64,000 bases of DNA from Candidatus Omnitrophota bacterium (lineage in GTDB: Bacteria; Omnitrophota; Gorgyraeia; Duberdicusellales; 4484-171), in NCBI GenBank assembly GCA_016935525.1, contig JAFGQU010000023.1, positions 64,897 to 128,896 of the forward strand, in the 5' to 3' direction. The position numbers and the translations under genes were made by a program. This document shows positions 28,242-37,182 of the stretch, one piece after another. How positions within the stretch are numbered: position 1 is the first letter of the stretch; each line of letters opens with the position of its first letter. The notes beneath the pieces were generated by a model that did not search any database, was not told where the DNA came from, and saw nothing but the letters and a program-made list of their open reading frames with translations.

Positions 28242-28739
28242 ATGAAAAGTCATGAACTGCTGAAAATTTATGAAAACCTTCCGTTTTCTACGCAATTACT
28301 CAATTTCATTGATACTCATAATGATTTTGAGGATTCTTTAAAAATTTCAGCTTATCCTCGATTTAGATTCATCCCAATAATCATTTTATCTTATCCCCCG
28401 AATATACAAGATGAGGTTATTGGAATGTTCTATTTTGATACCGAGGAAAAAATTTTTAAGCAGGATTATGTTGTGAATGTTGACTTTGCCCATAAAAAGT
28501 TTGTTTCTTATTCAAGGATGTCGAAAGATTCTCACGAAACTGAATTCGTTAAAGGGATAGATACATTTTTCAATAAATATGGAAAATGGGATGGGCAAAA
28601 AGGTGAATTTTATTGTAGAAATAATGGGACGCGGCCTTGGATGCATCATTATCTCGGAATTGAAGATTTACCTGATGAAATACAAGATAGCGGGAAAAAG
28701 TTGCTCAGCAAAATATGGAAAAAGTGCGAATTGTTGTAG
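28242..28739 (+). CDS. Hypothetical protein (AT-rich orphan)
   Basis: Open frame with GAGGAAGG upstream of ATG 28242; no recognisable motif. Confidence 0.65.
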   Translation: MKSHELLKIYENLPFSTQLLNFIDTHNDFEDSLKISAYPRFRFIPIIILSYPPNIQDEVIGMFYFDTEEKIFKQDYVVNVDFAHKKFVSYSRMSKDSHETEFVKGIDTFFNKYGKWDGQKGEFYCRNNGTRPWMHHYLGIEDLPDEIQDSGKKLLSKIWKKCELL

Positions 28740-28750
28740 TTTTGACAACA

Positions 28751-28837
28751 ACTCTCGACTCCTAGACTATCCTCTATCCGCTCACCGCTAAACGTCCGCC
28801 TTCGGCGAGACCTCGTCCATAGGCTGGCTACCCGCTA
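28751..28837. repeat. Intergenic periodic heptamer insert with an embedded CGCC-TTC-GGCG hairpin
   Basis: actctcg actccta gactatc ctctatc cgctcac cgctaaa ... ccgcta. Confidence 0.5.
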
Positions 28838-29323
28838 TTAAAAACTGAGGGTCGTACCCCTTGATACCGGCTCTTCTTCTTTTTTCTCTATCGTTATTTT
28901 CGGAAGCCGGATAGCTTTCGGCCTGGCAGTTTCTTTTATCTCTATTTCTTTTATCGAAGATTTTACGTCCAGTTTTGCCTGAATACGGGCGATCTCCCTT
29001 TCTAATAAAGCGATTGATTGTTGCAACTGGACGGTATTAGTATAGTTATCACCAAGAACGTTCTGTACCATTTGTTTGATCTCGGCTTTAGTCGGTTTAT
29101 GCGCATTCACTATTTGACGGACTTCTTCTCTATCGACCAATTGAGCCTTGGCTGTCGAGATCTCGCGGTTTAATTTTGTGATTTGAACAATACTGATGAT
29201 ATTCGAAATAAGAAGAACAAACACAAGACTGATCAAAGTAACCGCGTAAGGTAACATAAACGGTAACCACCGGGCCTGTTGCTTTATCTTAGTCCCTTTC
29301 AGCAACTTCTGTTTTTTTATCAT
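28838..29323 (-). CDS. Hypothetical single-TM coiled-coil protein
   Basis: N-terminal hydrophobic helix, heptad-rich body; AAGGAGGTGG RBS; TTGACC-N17-TAAAAT promoter at 29463-29435. Confidence 0.75.
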   Translation of the reverse strand: MIKKQKLLKGTKIKQQARWLPFMLPYAVTLISLVFVLLISNIISIVQITKLNREISTAKAQLVDREEVRQIVNAHKPTKAEIKQMVQNVLGDNYTNTVQLQQSIALLEREIARIQAKLDVKSSIKEIEIKETARPKAIRLPKITIEKKEEEPVSRGTTLSF

Positions 29324-29465
29324 TCTCCACCTCCTTAATGCCCCCGATATATCATCGGGAGATTCCCCTAAACTATTTTATACATGAACCCATGACATCC
29401 GTTGTGGCTCTAGCGCAACTCTATCCAGGTTTCTATTTTATATCAACTCTTCCCTCAGGTCAATT

Positions 29466-31829
29466 TTATGATTGTCGATACGATAAGATTTTTCCGGCCC
29501 ATTTCCGGACGAATTCTCCTAACCCTTTGTCTGACGAAAGGTAAGGTAAAATCAAAAGCGCCGCGACCGGCGACATCAATGTCCCTAAAATAACGAATAA
29601 ACCGAACCGCTGGGTCGGAGGAAATTGCGACAGGCTGAATATCCCGAAACCCGTCGCGACAATAGCCATTGAACTTACGATCGGCCGCCAGAGATGCCGG
29701 CACGCATGCCGCCAGGCTTTTGGCGATGTCATATCGCCCCGGTATAAGCGGCGCACGAATATCACCATATGGATCATCGCGTCGACTCCCATCCCGATGG
29801 CGATATTGGTCGCGGGAGCCGCGATCACATCTAACGGTACGTTCAAAAACCCAAGTAACCCTAAAAGCCAGAACGGGATACAACACAGGCTGATAAGTAA
29901 CGCCAGAGTCACCTGTACCGAACGCGACAAGAAAAATCCCATAATAACAAAAAGGAAGATCAATAAGGTTATCCCGCTTACCACACTCTTTTTTACCAGT
30001 TCGGAAAGTTTTCCCTGCAGAAGATATACCCCGCCGACCAGATCGACCTGAAACCCGTTTTCCCGGACACGATCCTTTAGATCTTCGATGATCTTGATAC
30101 GTTTCCCTTCCCGGGCGCCTTCTTTCATCCGGGCAATAACAAGAGTCTGACGGCGGTCTTCGGTCACAAAACTTTTTGTAACCGCTCCGAACGACGGATT
30201 ATCCAGGACATCGAGTATCCATTCCCAGGCAAATAAAAATGATAACGGGATCCGGTCTTTCGCCTCCGCCATGATCAAAGGAAGTGAAATAATATTTCCT
30301 ACCGTAGGGACCTGTTCTAAATTTTCCTGTAACTTCCATAACCTTTTATACATCCCGGCATGATTAAACGTGTCTCCGGCCGGATCGCTCACCACGATCT
30401 TTAACGGACTGCTGCCGCCGTTACGATCGATATATTCCAGCCCCTGGTAAATATCTCCGCCTTGACGAAAATAAGAAAGCAGGCTGGGATCGGTATCTAA
30501 CCGGATGATGCCTACCAGGCATACCGCGATCGTGATAAGTATCCCCATTACCAGGTCAGGATGGCGGCCGATAAAAAAAGATTCTCCGTATTTTTCAAGG
30601 TCCTGGAGATTTAACGGCGTATTCACTTTCCGGTTTTCGGCACGCATAAACCAGGGAAACACCAGATACGCGATGATCAAAGCGACTACCGTACCTATCG
30701 AACCGGATACTCCCAACCGCTGCAGGGGGCGGGCCTGGACAAACATAAGGCTTAAAAAACCCAAAAATGTCGTAAACCCGCTCCAGAACGATGCCGGAAA
30801 TGTCACTTTTAACGCTTCCCGAGCGCTATCCTGTTCTGATTTTCCTTTCTCATTGATACATTCCTGCCAGTTAAAGATAATAAAGATGATATGCGAAAGC
30901 GTAAGGACAAATACGATCGTCGAAAGGTTAGCGGTAAGTACACCGACTTTCATCCCTAAAAGGTCGTTCACGATCAAAGTAGCCACACTGGCCGTAATAC
31001 AGGTAAGTAATGTCCCCGCCAGAATAAATTTCGACCGGAAAATAGCGAAGATCATCAATCCGAAGATGACAAACGCGACGATACTGAAGATCTTCAGGTC
31101 ACGCATGAGGTTCCGCCGGATAAGTTCAGTCACATACGGCGGGCCGGACATCATGATATCAAAACCATCTTCGCTATACCGGTCCTGGATCATCTCTATT
31201 TTAGGGATCAATTCTTCAGGAGGGACCCCTTCGACAAACACCAGGATATTCGTCGCTTTCTGGTCATCAGACACAAGGATCCTCCTCCATAATTCGCTTT
31301 CGAAAGCGTTCTGGGGGCTAGCCGGGCCGTGAGTGATCGACTGCACGTTAAGCGTCTCCGGAATCGCTTTTAAAGCTTGTGAGAGTGAATCGATACGATG
31401 GATATACTCCTGGGAATGGATATCGCCGCGGACGCTCACGATCACCTGATCGGATTGATAAAATGTTTCCGCGATCTCTTTATCTTGTTTAAACTGGGGA
31501 TCATCGCTTGAGAAAAAGAAATTTCCGCCGATCTTCGGCTGCAGATCGACCGTGAAAATAAGCACGCCTACCAAACTGATCGATACCACGCCGATAGCGA
31601 TAATGATCTTCGTACGGTTTGTCTCGATCCCTCGACGGTACACCGAAAGCAATCGTTCGGACAGGTTTCCGCCGGCACAGACTATCTGCTTATACCGGAC
31701 GGCCAGATGAGAAAATACCGGGTGTAAATACACAGCCGATTTTTTCAGAAAAATACGCAGGCCGCGACGCTGTACGGCAAGTATTTTTTTGAGTATATAC
31801 ACGAGTATCAATTTACCATACCTGATCAA
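29466..31829 (-). CDS. MMPL/RND-superfamily transporter
   Basis: Two repeats of a periplasmic domain plus TM bundle; SGPPYV, TTFLGFLSL, IAIGMGVDAMIH; start uncertain. Confidence 0.88.
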   Translation of the reverse strand: MIRYGKLILVYILKKILAVQRRGLRIFLKKSAVYLHPVFSHLAVRYKQIVCAGGNLSERLLSVYRRGIETNRTKIIIAIGVVSISLVGVLIFTVDLQPKIGGNFFFSSDDPQFKQDKEIAETFYQSDQVIVSVRGDIHSQEYIHRIDSLSQALKAIPETLNVQSITHGPASPQNAFESELWRRILVSDDQKATNILVFVEGVPPEELIPKIEMIQDRYSEDGFDIMMSGPPYVTELIRRNLMRDLKIFSIVAFVIFGLMIFAIFRSKFILAGTLLTCITASVATLIVNDLLGMKVGVLTANLSTIVFVLTLSHIIFIIFNWQECINEKGKSEQDSAREALKVTFPASFWSGFTTFLGFLSLMFVQARPLQRLGVSGSIGTVVALIIAYLVFPWFMRAENRKVNTPLNLQDLEKYGESFFIGRHPDLVMGILITIAVCLVGIIRLDTDPSLLSYFRQGGDIYQGLEYIDRNGGSSPLKIVVSDPAGDTFNHAGMYKRLWKLQENLEQVPTVGNIISLPLIMAEAKDRIPLSFLFAWEWILDVLDNPSFGAVTKSFVTEDRRQTLVIARMKEGAREGKRIKIIEDLKDRVRENGFQVDLVGGVYLLQGKLSELVKKSVVSGITLLIFLFVIMGFFLSRSVQVTLALLISLCCIPFWLLGLLGFLNVPLDVIAAPATNIAIGMGVDAMIHMVIFVRRLYRGDMTSPKAWRHACRHLWRPIVSSMAIVATGFGIFSLSQFPPTQRFGLFVILGTLMSPVAALLILPYLSSDKGLGEFVRKWAGKILSYRQS

Positions 31830-32347
31830 TCTTCGGCGATATATACTTTATCGCCCGGATGTACCCGGGCGATGACTTTAATCCCGATTTCGGCCCCGCG
31901 TCCGGCCATCACGATATCACGATGGTTCATCTGCATCGAATCGACCGGTTGCACGAAATCGCCATGGGCCCCTTTAAAACGGATCTTTCTGCCGATACGC
32001 AGGACCCCTTTAAGATTGATGATCCCCACCGAAATGTTAGGAAAATAATGGGTGACGACTCCCACTTCGCGTTCTTTCGAAAGACTTTTACTCTTCCGTT
32101 TCGGCGTGGGTACCTTTTTTTTACTTTTAAGTCCGGCCGTCTTTTTAACAGGTTTTATTTTTTTCTTATTTTTCGGCAGTTTCTTTTTGTTTTTCCTTAC
32201 GGATTCTTTCGGTTTCTTTCTCTTCCTTTTCGCGGATTTGGTGACAGATCTTTTCTTCAAAGGTTTTTTTGCGGATTTTTTGCGCGGTTTTTTCTTTGGT
32301 TCCGGCGATACCCCTAACCACGATTTTACGAGATCAAACAACCCCAT
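31826..32347 (-). CDS. Protein with a Lys-rich low-complexity N-terminus and a translation-factor-like beta-barrel
   Basis: About 75 aa K/R-rich tract, then EVGVVTHYFPNISVGII...IRFKG...Q.VDSMQ...G.EIGIKV...V.PGDKVY. Confidence 0.8.
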   Translation of the reverse strand: MGLFDLVKSWLGVSPEPKKKPRKKSAKKPLKKRSVTKSAKRKRKKPKESVRKNKKKLPKNKKKIKPVKKTAGLKSKKKVPTPKRKSKSLSKEREVGVVTHYFPNISVGIINLKGVLRIGRKIRFKGAHGDFVQPVDSMQMNHRDIVMAGRGAEIGIKVIARVHPGDKVYIAED

Positions 32348-32411
32348 CCTGCTCTTTATCCTTTATGCATGTATTGTACCGAAATCGGGCAGAGAACGCA
32401 ATCGACCAGGC

Positions 32412-33389
32412 TTATTGTCCTTGAGAAAACTCCTGGAGGGTAAAAAGGATATTATTGACGGATTCGACCAACGCCAACCCGCTGGGGAACTCACCGGTCG
32501 CGGTGACTGCTGCCGGTACGGAATGCGAGATCAACCCGATCAGACGTAACTGGATCTGGACATCTCCTTTGGCACTGACATATTCTCTTCTTAAAAACAC
32601 CGGGCTTCCGCTGGTCCCCGGTAATATTCCGCCTTCAATAAGGATCTTTTTACTGTCTAAGAATTTCGATACGATACCTTTACGTACTACCGGATCAAGC
32701 GCGTGTTTTTTATTGAAATTGCTCAATACCGAAAGCTCAGGGAACCCGAAGAAATAGATTTCTTCGGCTTTATAAATATTTTCATACCCCAGGACGCTCG
32801 ATTTATCGTCATAAATATCCACTACGTAAGAAGTATAGTGGGGTTCTTCCTCTTTAGCGCTTCTGGCGGAACGCTTCTGTTTTTTCTGTTCTTTCGATTC
32901 AGTCTGATATGTACGTATCCGGACAATACCCACATCGATATCGTTATCTTTATTCAATTTAAGCGTCCCCTTATTCCAGCAATCGACCAGATCGATCTCA
33001 TAAGGCACTATTTTCTCTGTACCCGCAGGATCTTGCGTCACAAACCTCTGGAACGTGATCACTTTACCCGGATTATCAAGAAGGATCTTAAGCGCCTTTT
33101 CGAACACATGGCCGGAACTTACCAGATAGATATAATTGCCCCCATCGGTCATGAAAAACCCGGTTCCCACGTCCTGAGTAATGGTCTTTGAAAACTTTTC
33201 ATAACGGACCATGATCTTGGTGACCCGGACATCATACTGATCGGAAGTAAGGATGGCTTTGCGATAATACCGCGTCCGGGGATTTTGGGAAAAAGTATTA
33301 TCGCCGTATCCTGAGACCGGGTCAGTAAATCCCCAGCCAAGAGCAAAAATGACCGCAAGCAGAAAACATATCCGCCGCATACTATACAC
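32412..33389 (-). CDS. Secreted trypsin-like serine protease
   Basis: Signal peptide; GTGFF, SSGHV (His), DIDVG (Asp), GFP, PGTSGSPV (Ser). Confidence 0.8.
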   Translation of the reverse strand: MYSMRRICFLLAVIFALGWGFTDPVSGYGDNTFSQNPRTRYYRKAILTSDQYDVRVTKIMVRYEKFSKTITQDVGTGFFMTDGGNYIYLVSSGHVFEKALKILLDNPGKVITFQRFVTQDPAGTEKIVPYEIDLVDCWNKGTLKLNKDNDIDVGIVRIRTYQTESKEQKKQKRSARSAKEEEPHYTSYVVDIYDDKSSVLGYENIYKAEEIYFFGFPELSVLSNFNKKHALDPVVRKGIVSKFLDSKKILIEGGILPGTSGSPVFLRREYVSAKGDVQIQLRLIGLISHSVPAAVTATGEFPSGLALVESVNNILFTLQEFSQGQ

Positions 33390-33398
33390 CTTTCGCGT

Positions 33399-34613
33399 TT
33401 ATTCTTCGGATTTAAATTTATCTTTTATTATCGCCTCGACCCCCCGAAACAAGTTTTTTATGGTCTTCACTGCGGGGTCATCTTCGATATTTTTGATATC
33501 CGTCTCGCCTTTAAGCACCCGGTCCAGCACGTCACCGACATTCTGCATCGTAAGCTGCTGCAGACGTGCTGTTACCTGCCCCATATCGATAGAAGGATGG
33601 TCGAGCTTTGTCTTAAGCGGCGGCAAATTGAAGTAAGGATTATCATCCTTTTTTTTTAACGCGGCTAGGGCATTTTGGAGTGACTCGACTTTATCCGGCC
33701 TTAACGGATCGTTTTTGAACGCTACATCTTCAAACATCACTTCACCGGAGATAACAAGATCGTTATCGGCGGCTCTTAACTCTACAAGCAAAGAAAGGAA
33801 CGCCTGTTCCAGGTCGAGGTCATAAGCTTTAAACCCGCGCGAGTACTGTTTATCAAAAGTAAGATAATCATAACGGTCTACTTTCACCTGCGCTTCCATA
33901 TTTTTATAAAACCAATCGAGCCAACCGTCGGCTTTTAAGATATCGGGCATTTTTCTTGTTTCGGTCTCCATAGATGCCGAAACATCAAAATAGAACATCA
34001 ACAATTTCGGCAGGTTAAAATCCTTCAGCTTAACGTTGGTATCTTTCAAGGTGAATTCAAGCGGCGGGACAAAAGTATAATCGGTATAGGCAAGAGTTAT
34101 CTGTTTCAGTAATATTTCTCTGATGATAAGGGAAAAAGGGATATCTCTTTTCGGCACAGCCGAAGCGGTTAAGGGGCTTGAAATATCGACTTTACGGTTC
34201 ACGTCGACCTGATCCAATAACGGAGCGTCTTTTGAGGCCGCGATCTTGTAGCGCCAGAACGGTTCAATCGTCACCTCGTCTCTTTGCCGGACGACCTGGA
34301 CTTTAAGGCCGTCTATCTGGAGCCGGCTGAATATAGGGGTAACCGGATCGAACTTTACTCTCTCAAGTCTAAGATATGCGTGAGAAAAAGAGACATCACC
34401 GCAGGAGAAATCGCTGATAACCAGAGTAAACGGAAATGAAAGTTTTATCTGTTTTATTTCGGCCTGGACGCCATAGGTAGTGGATAAATAAGACTCTATA
34501 AAACTCTTCCCCTGACTGTTCACATAGATCATCAAACCCACATAACTGATTACGATCAACACAACGGCAACAACAACAAGCGCGAGAATAAGTTTACCTA
34601 ATTTTTCTATCAT
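33399..34613 (-). CDS. AsmA/DUF748-like membrane-anchored protein
   Basis: N-terminal TM helix followed by a beta-rich body (I.LSFPFTL.I, I.L.YTDYT); start placed at ATG 34613. Confidence 0.6.
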   Translation of the reverse strand: MIEKLGKLILALVVVAVVLIVISYVGLMIYVNSQGKSFIESYLSTTYGVQAEIKQIKLSFPFTLVISDFSCGDVSFSHAYLRLERVKFDPVTPIFSRLQIDGLKVQVVRQRDEVTIEPFWRYKIAASKDAPLLDQVDVNRKVDISSPLTASAVPKRDIPFSLIIREILLKQITLAYTDYTFVPPLEFTLKDTNVKLKDFNLPKLLMFYFDVSASMETETRKMPDILKADGWLDWFYKNMEAQVKVDRYDYLTFDKQYSRGFKAYDLDLEQAFLSLLVELRAADNDLVISGEVMFEDVAFKNDPLRPDKVESLQNALAALKKKDDNPYFNLPPLKTKLDHPSIDMGQVTARLQQLTMQNVGDVLDRVLKGETDIKNIEDDPAVKTIKNLFRGVEAIIKDKFKSEE

Positions 34614-34640
34614 TTCATTCCCCTTTTCATTGTACAGTAC

Positions 34641-34809
34641 AAAAAATAAATACCGAATTTTCAACGCGTTTCGCGTGTCGCGTTACGCGTTACGATAAAG
34701 ACAGCGCGCCCGGCATTCTTCGTCATGCGTAACGCGTTCTGCGTAACGCGTGAAGAAAAATAAAAACCAAGTTTTCAACGCGTGTCGCGTTACTCGTTAC
34801 GCGTTACGA
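34641..34809. repeat. CGTAACG/CGTTACG heptamer hairpin elements (copies 1 and 2) plus a duplicated tRNA-Arg 3' end
   Basis: Heptamer arms around the A-rich core GAAGAAAAATAAAAACCAAGTTTTCAA; CGCGCCCGGCA at 34705-34715 repeats 34819-34829. Confidence 0.8.
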
Positions 34810-34818
34810 TAAAAACAA

Positions 34819-34892
34819 CGCGCCCGGCAGGGATCGAACCTGCCACATTCTGCTTAGAAGGCAGATGCTCTATCCAAATGAGCTACGGGCGC
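34819..34892 (-). tRNA. tRNA-Arg (TCT), CCA not encoded
   Basis: GCGCCCGTAGCTCATTTGGATAGAGCATCTGCCTTCTAAGCAGAATGTGGCAGGTTCGATCCCTGCCGGGCGCG. Confidence 0.96.
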
Positions 34893-35076
34893 ATAATAGC
34901 TAATGGCGTACAGCCAATGGCTAATGTTAGCAAAGAACCTCGATGGCATATTACCATGAGTCCATTAAAATCCAAATGCTCAATGAGGCTTACGCTTTTT
35001 AGAGCCAGCAGCGAATAAAAAGCGTGTAGTCGAATTAGTCCCGCGTATCCCCGCGGGAAGCTACGGGCGCAAAAAG

Positions 35077-35165
35077 CGTCACGCGTTCTGCGTCATGCGT
35101 AACGCGTGAAGAAAAATAAAAACCAAGTTTTCAACGCGGTACGCGTTACTCGTTACGCGTTACGA
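35077..35165. repeat. CGTAACG/CGTTACG heptamer hairpin element (copy 3)
   Basis: 42 bp core 35097-35138 identical to 34741-34782. Confidence 0.85.
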
Positions 35166-35168
35166 AAT

Positions 35169-35246
35169 TGGTCGGGGCGACAGGATTTGAACCTGTGACA
35201 TCTTGGTCCCAAACCAAGCGCTCTAGCCAGGCTGAGCCACGCCCCG
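35169..35246 (-). tRNA. tRNA-Pro (TGG), CCA encoded
   Basis: CGGGGCGTGGCTCAGCCTGGCTAGAGCGCTTGGTTTGGGACCAAGATGTCACAGGTTCAAATCCTGTCGCCCCGACCA. Confidence 0.97.
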
Positions 35247-35327
35247 AGGCGATAGCGCGTTCGCGCTATCTCGTAACGCGTGAGAAAATAGATTTTCAAT
35301 ACATTCCGTGATAATCCGCGTAGATAT

Positions 35328-35407
35328 CCCCGCCTGCCTGTCAGCCCCGCACAGCGTGGGGCAGGCTGCCTCCCGACCAACGGGAGGGCGGGCAGGTCAC
35401 GCCCCGA
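35328..35407. repeat. GC-rich branched palindrome adjoining a duplicated tRNA-Pro 5' end
   Basis: CCTGCCTG...CGGGCAGG outer stem enclosing GCCCCGC/GTGGGGC and CCTCCCG/CGGGAGG hairpins; CACGCCCCGA at 35398-35407 repeats 35238-35247. Confidence 0.65.
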
Positions 35408-35603
35408 AGAATAGCGTATAGCGGTTAGGGTATAGCGTTTAGTAAATAATTCTAATCTCCTCTAATCACTCGCCTCGAAGACTTTCAAAGAAGAGACGCC
35501 CTCGCATCGCTGTCACCCCTGAAGATTCTCACAAAAGAAATTTCTTCACGTGTGACTATGTGACCTTGTGTCGTGTGACCTTTATCATCCGCTTCTATAT
35601 ATA

Positions 35604-36206
35604 TTAGGCAGTTTTCAAATAACGGGCAAGGAATTTCTTAAACTTCTTAAATCCCCGGGCGCGATGACTGATCTTGTTCTTCTCCCGTAAAGGGAGCTGA
35701 GCAACGGTCTTTTTGTAGCGCGCAAGATAAAACACGGGATCGTACCCGAACCCCCCTCTTCCTTTAGGAGTACTACCGATAATCCCGCTGAGATTTCCCT
35801 CACATGCAAACAGCAACTTACCGTTTTTCACGGCCGCGATCGCGCAGGTATATTGGGCACCGCGTAATCTTTTATTACAATGTTCCAACTCTTCAAGTAA
35901 CTTGCGATTATTTTTTTCATCAGTCGCCTGCTCCCCCGAATATCTGCGGGAAAACACGCCTGGCCGGTTATCGAGCGAAAAAACCTCAAGCCCCGAATCC
36001 TCGCCGACCACCAGGTCATCGGGATAATACCGGGAGACTACTTTTGCCTTTTTATAGGCGTTTGCACCGAATGTACGGCCGGTCTCTTTTATCGAAAACG
36101 TACGGTCCAAATCGGCAAGCGAGACGGTTTTTATCTTTATCCCGCGCAGGATCTTCTTTATTTCCCGCATTTTCCCTCTATTCTCGGTCGCTATGATCAA
36201 TCTCAT
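35604..36206 (-). CDS. rdgB: Non-canonical purine NTP pyrophosphatase (RdgB/HAM1)
   Basis: ATENRGKMRE, EDSGL, PGVFSRRY, GFGYDPVF, KNKISHRA. Confidence 0.95.
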   Translation of the reverse strand: MRLIIATENRGKMREIKKILRGIKIKTVSLADLDRTFSIKETGRTFGANAYKKAKVVSRYYPDDLVVGEDSGLEVFSLDNRPGVFSRRYSGEQATDEKNNRKLLEELEHCNKRLRGAQYTCAIAAVKNGKLLFACEGNLSGIIGSTPKGRGGFGYDPVFYLARYKKTVAQLPLREKNKISHRARGFKKFKKFLARYLKTA

Positions 36207-36211
36207 GACTT

Positions 36212-36330
36212 TACCATGTCACACGTTGCACGTCACACGACACACGTATCTTCTTTGCGTATGACTCTGTGACCATGTGACTTTGTGACTCGCCGAAGGC
36301 AGATGTGTGACTTTGTGACCATGTGACTTT
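36212..36330. repeat. GTCACA/TGTGAC periodic hairpin insert
   Basis: GTCACAC-type left arm; (TGTGACnn)x6 right arm. Confidence 0.8.
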
Positions 36331-36332
36331 TG

Positions 36333-37055
36333 TTAGAGTTTACCGATGATATCTTTATAGTATTTTTTCTCTTCCTCGACTATTTCAAGGATACCTTTTT
36401 TAGCCAGCTCCAGTAACGCGTCAAGATCGTCTTTCGAAAACGAACCGTTCTCGGCAGTCCCCTGGATTTCGACGAATTCTCCTGCCCCTTTCATCACCAC
36501 GTTCATATCCACATCAGCCTCGACATCTTCCTGATAACTTAAATCGAGCACATGATTGCCCCGCAATATCCCGACACTTATCGCGCCCAGATAATCTACT
36601 ACCGGGAATTCAGTGATCACCCCTTGTTTATACATCGCCTGCAGGCAATCGACCAGGGCGAAAAACCCGCCGATTACCGATACCGTCCTTGTCCCTCCGT
36701 CGGCCTGGATCACATCACAATCGATCCATATCGTTTTCTCCCCCAACAGTCTCATATCGATGACACTACGCAGAGACCTTCCGATAAGTCTTTGGATTTC
36801 CATGGTCCGGCCGGAGACCTTATCGCGTACTATCCGGCTTTGCGTGGAACGGGGAAGCATCCGGTATTCAGCAGTAAGCCAACCGGTATTAGTGCCTTTT
36901 AAAAAAGGCGGCACGTTTCTTTCAACCGTTGCCGCGCAAAGCACCCGGGTATCACCTAACTCGATAAGGCATGACCCCTCGGCTGTATTCAAATAATCTC
37001 TCTGAACTTTGATCTGTCGTAACTGGGTCAGTGCCCGTTTATCTTTTCGTTCCAT
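36333..37055 (-). CDS. rph: Ribonuclease PH
   Basis: [51 protein letters not shown]; start placed at ATG 37055. Confidence 0.96.
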   Translation of the reverse strand: MERKDKRALTQLRQIKVQRDYLNTAEGSCLIELGDTRVLCAATVERNVPPFLKGTNTGWLTAEYRMLPRSTQSRIVRDKVSGRTMEIQRLIGRSLRSVIDMRLLGEKTIWIDCDVIQADGGTRTVSVIGGFFALVDCLQAMYKQGVITEFPVVDYLGAISVGILRGNHVLDLSYQEDVEADVDMNVVMKGAGEFVEIQGTAENGSFSKDDLDALLELAKKGILEIVEEEKKYYKDIIGKL

Positions 37056-37075
37056 CCTCTCTCCTTTCACTCTTG

Positions 37076-37180
37076 TAAGTCACACGCTTGTCTACCGACA
37101 AGCTAGTCACAAGGTTACATCGTCACATGTCAAAATATCTCTTACTACGTGTGACGTGTGTCGTGTGACTATGTGACGTT
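37076..37180. repeat. GTCACA/TGTGAC periodic hairpin insert with an embedded GCTTGTC-TACC-GACAAGC palindrome
   Basis: Direct inspection of the sequence. Confidence 0.8.
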
Positions 37181-37182
37181 TT

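Noticed and set aside
29324-29463. Riboswitch in the ~105-nt leader of the coiled-coil gene
   Set aside because: There is a promoter, a repeated TATAAAATAG and one small hairpin, but no recognisable aptamer consensus
30505-31332. Long plus-strand ORFs (for example 30505-31332, 42384-43100, 44525-45262, 50602-51333)
   Set aside because: Antisense shadows of well-supported minus-strand genes, with no motifs or RBS
28125-34892. Prophage or genomic island between the convergent tRNA-His and tRNA-Arg
   Set aside because: No integrase, phage or transfer genes and no flanking direct repeat spanning the interval; most genes look host-like
34641-35300. CRISPR array
   Set aside because: The repeats are heptamer arms around a constant core; there are no unique equal-length spacers and no cas genes
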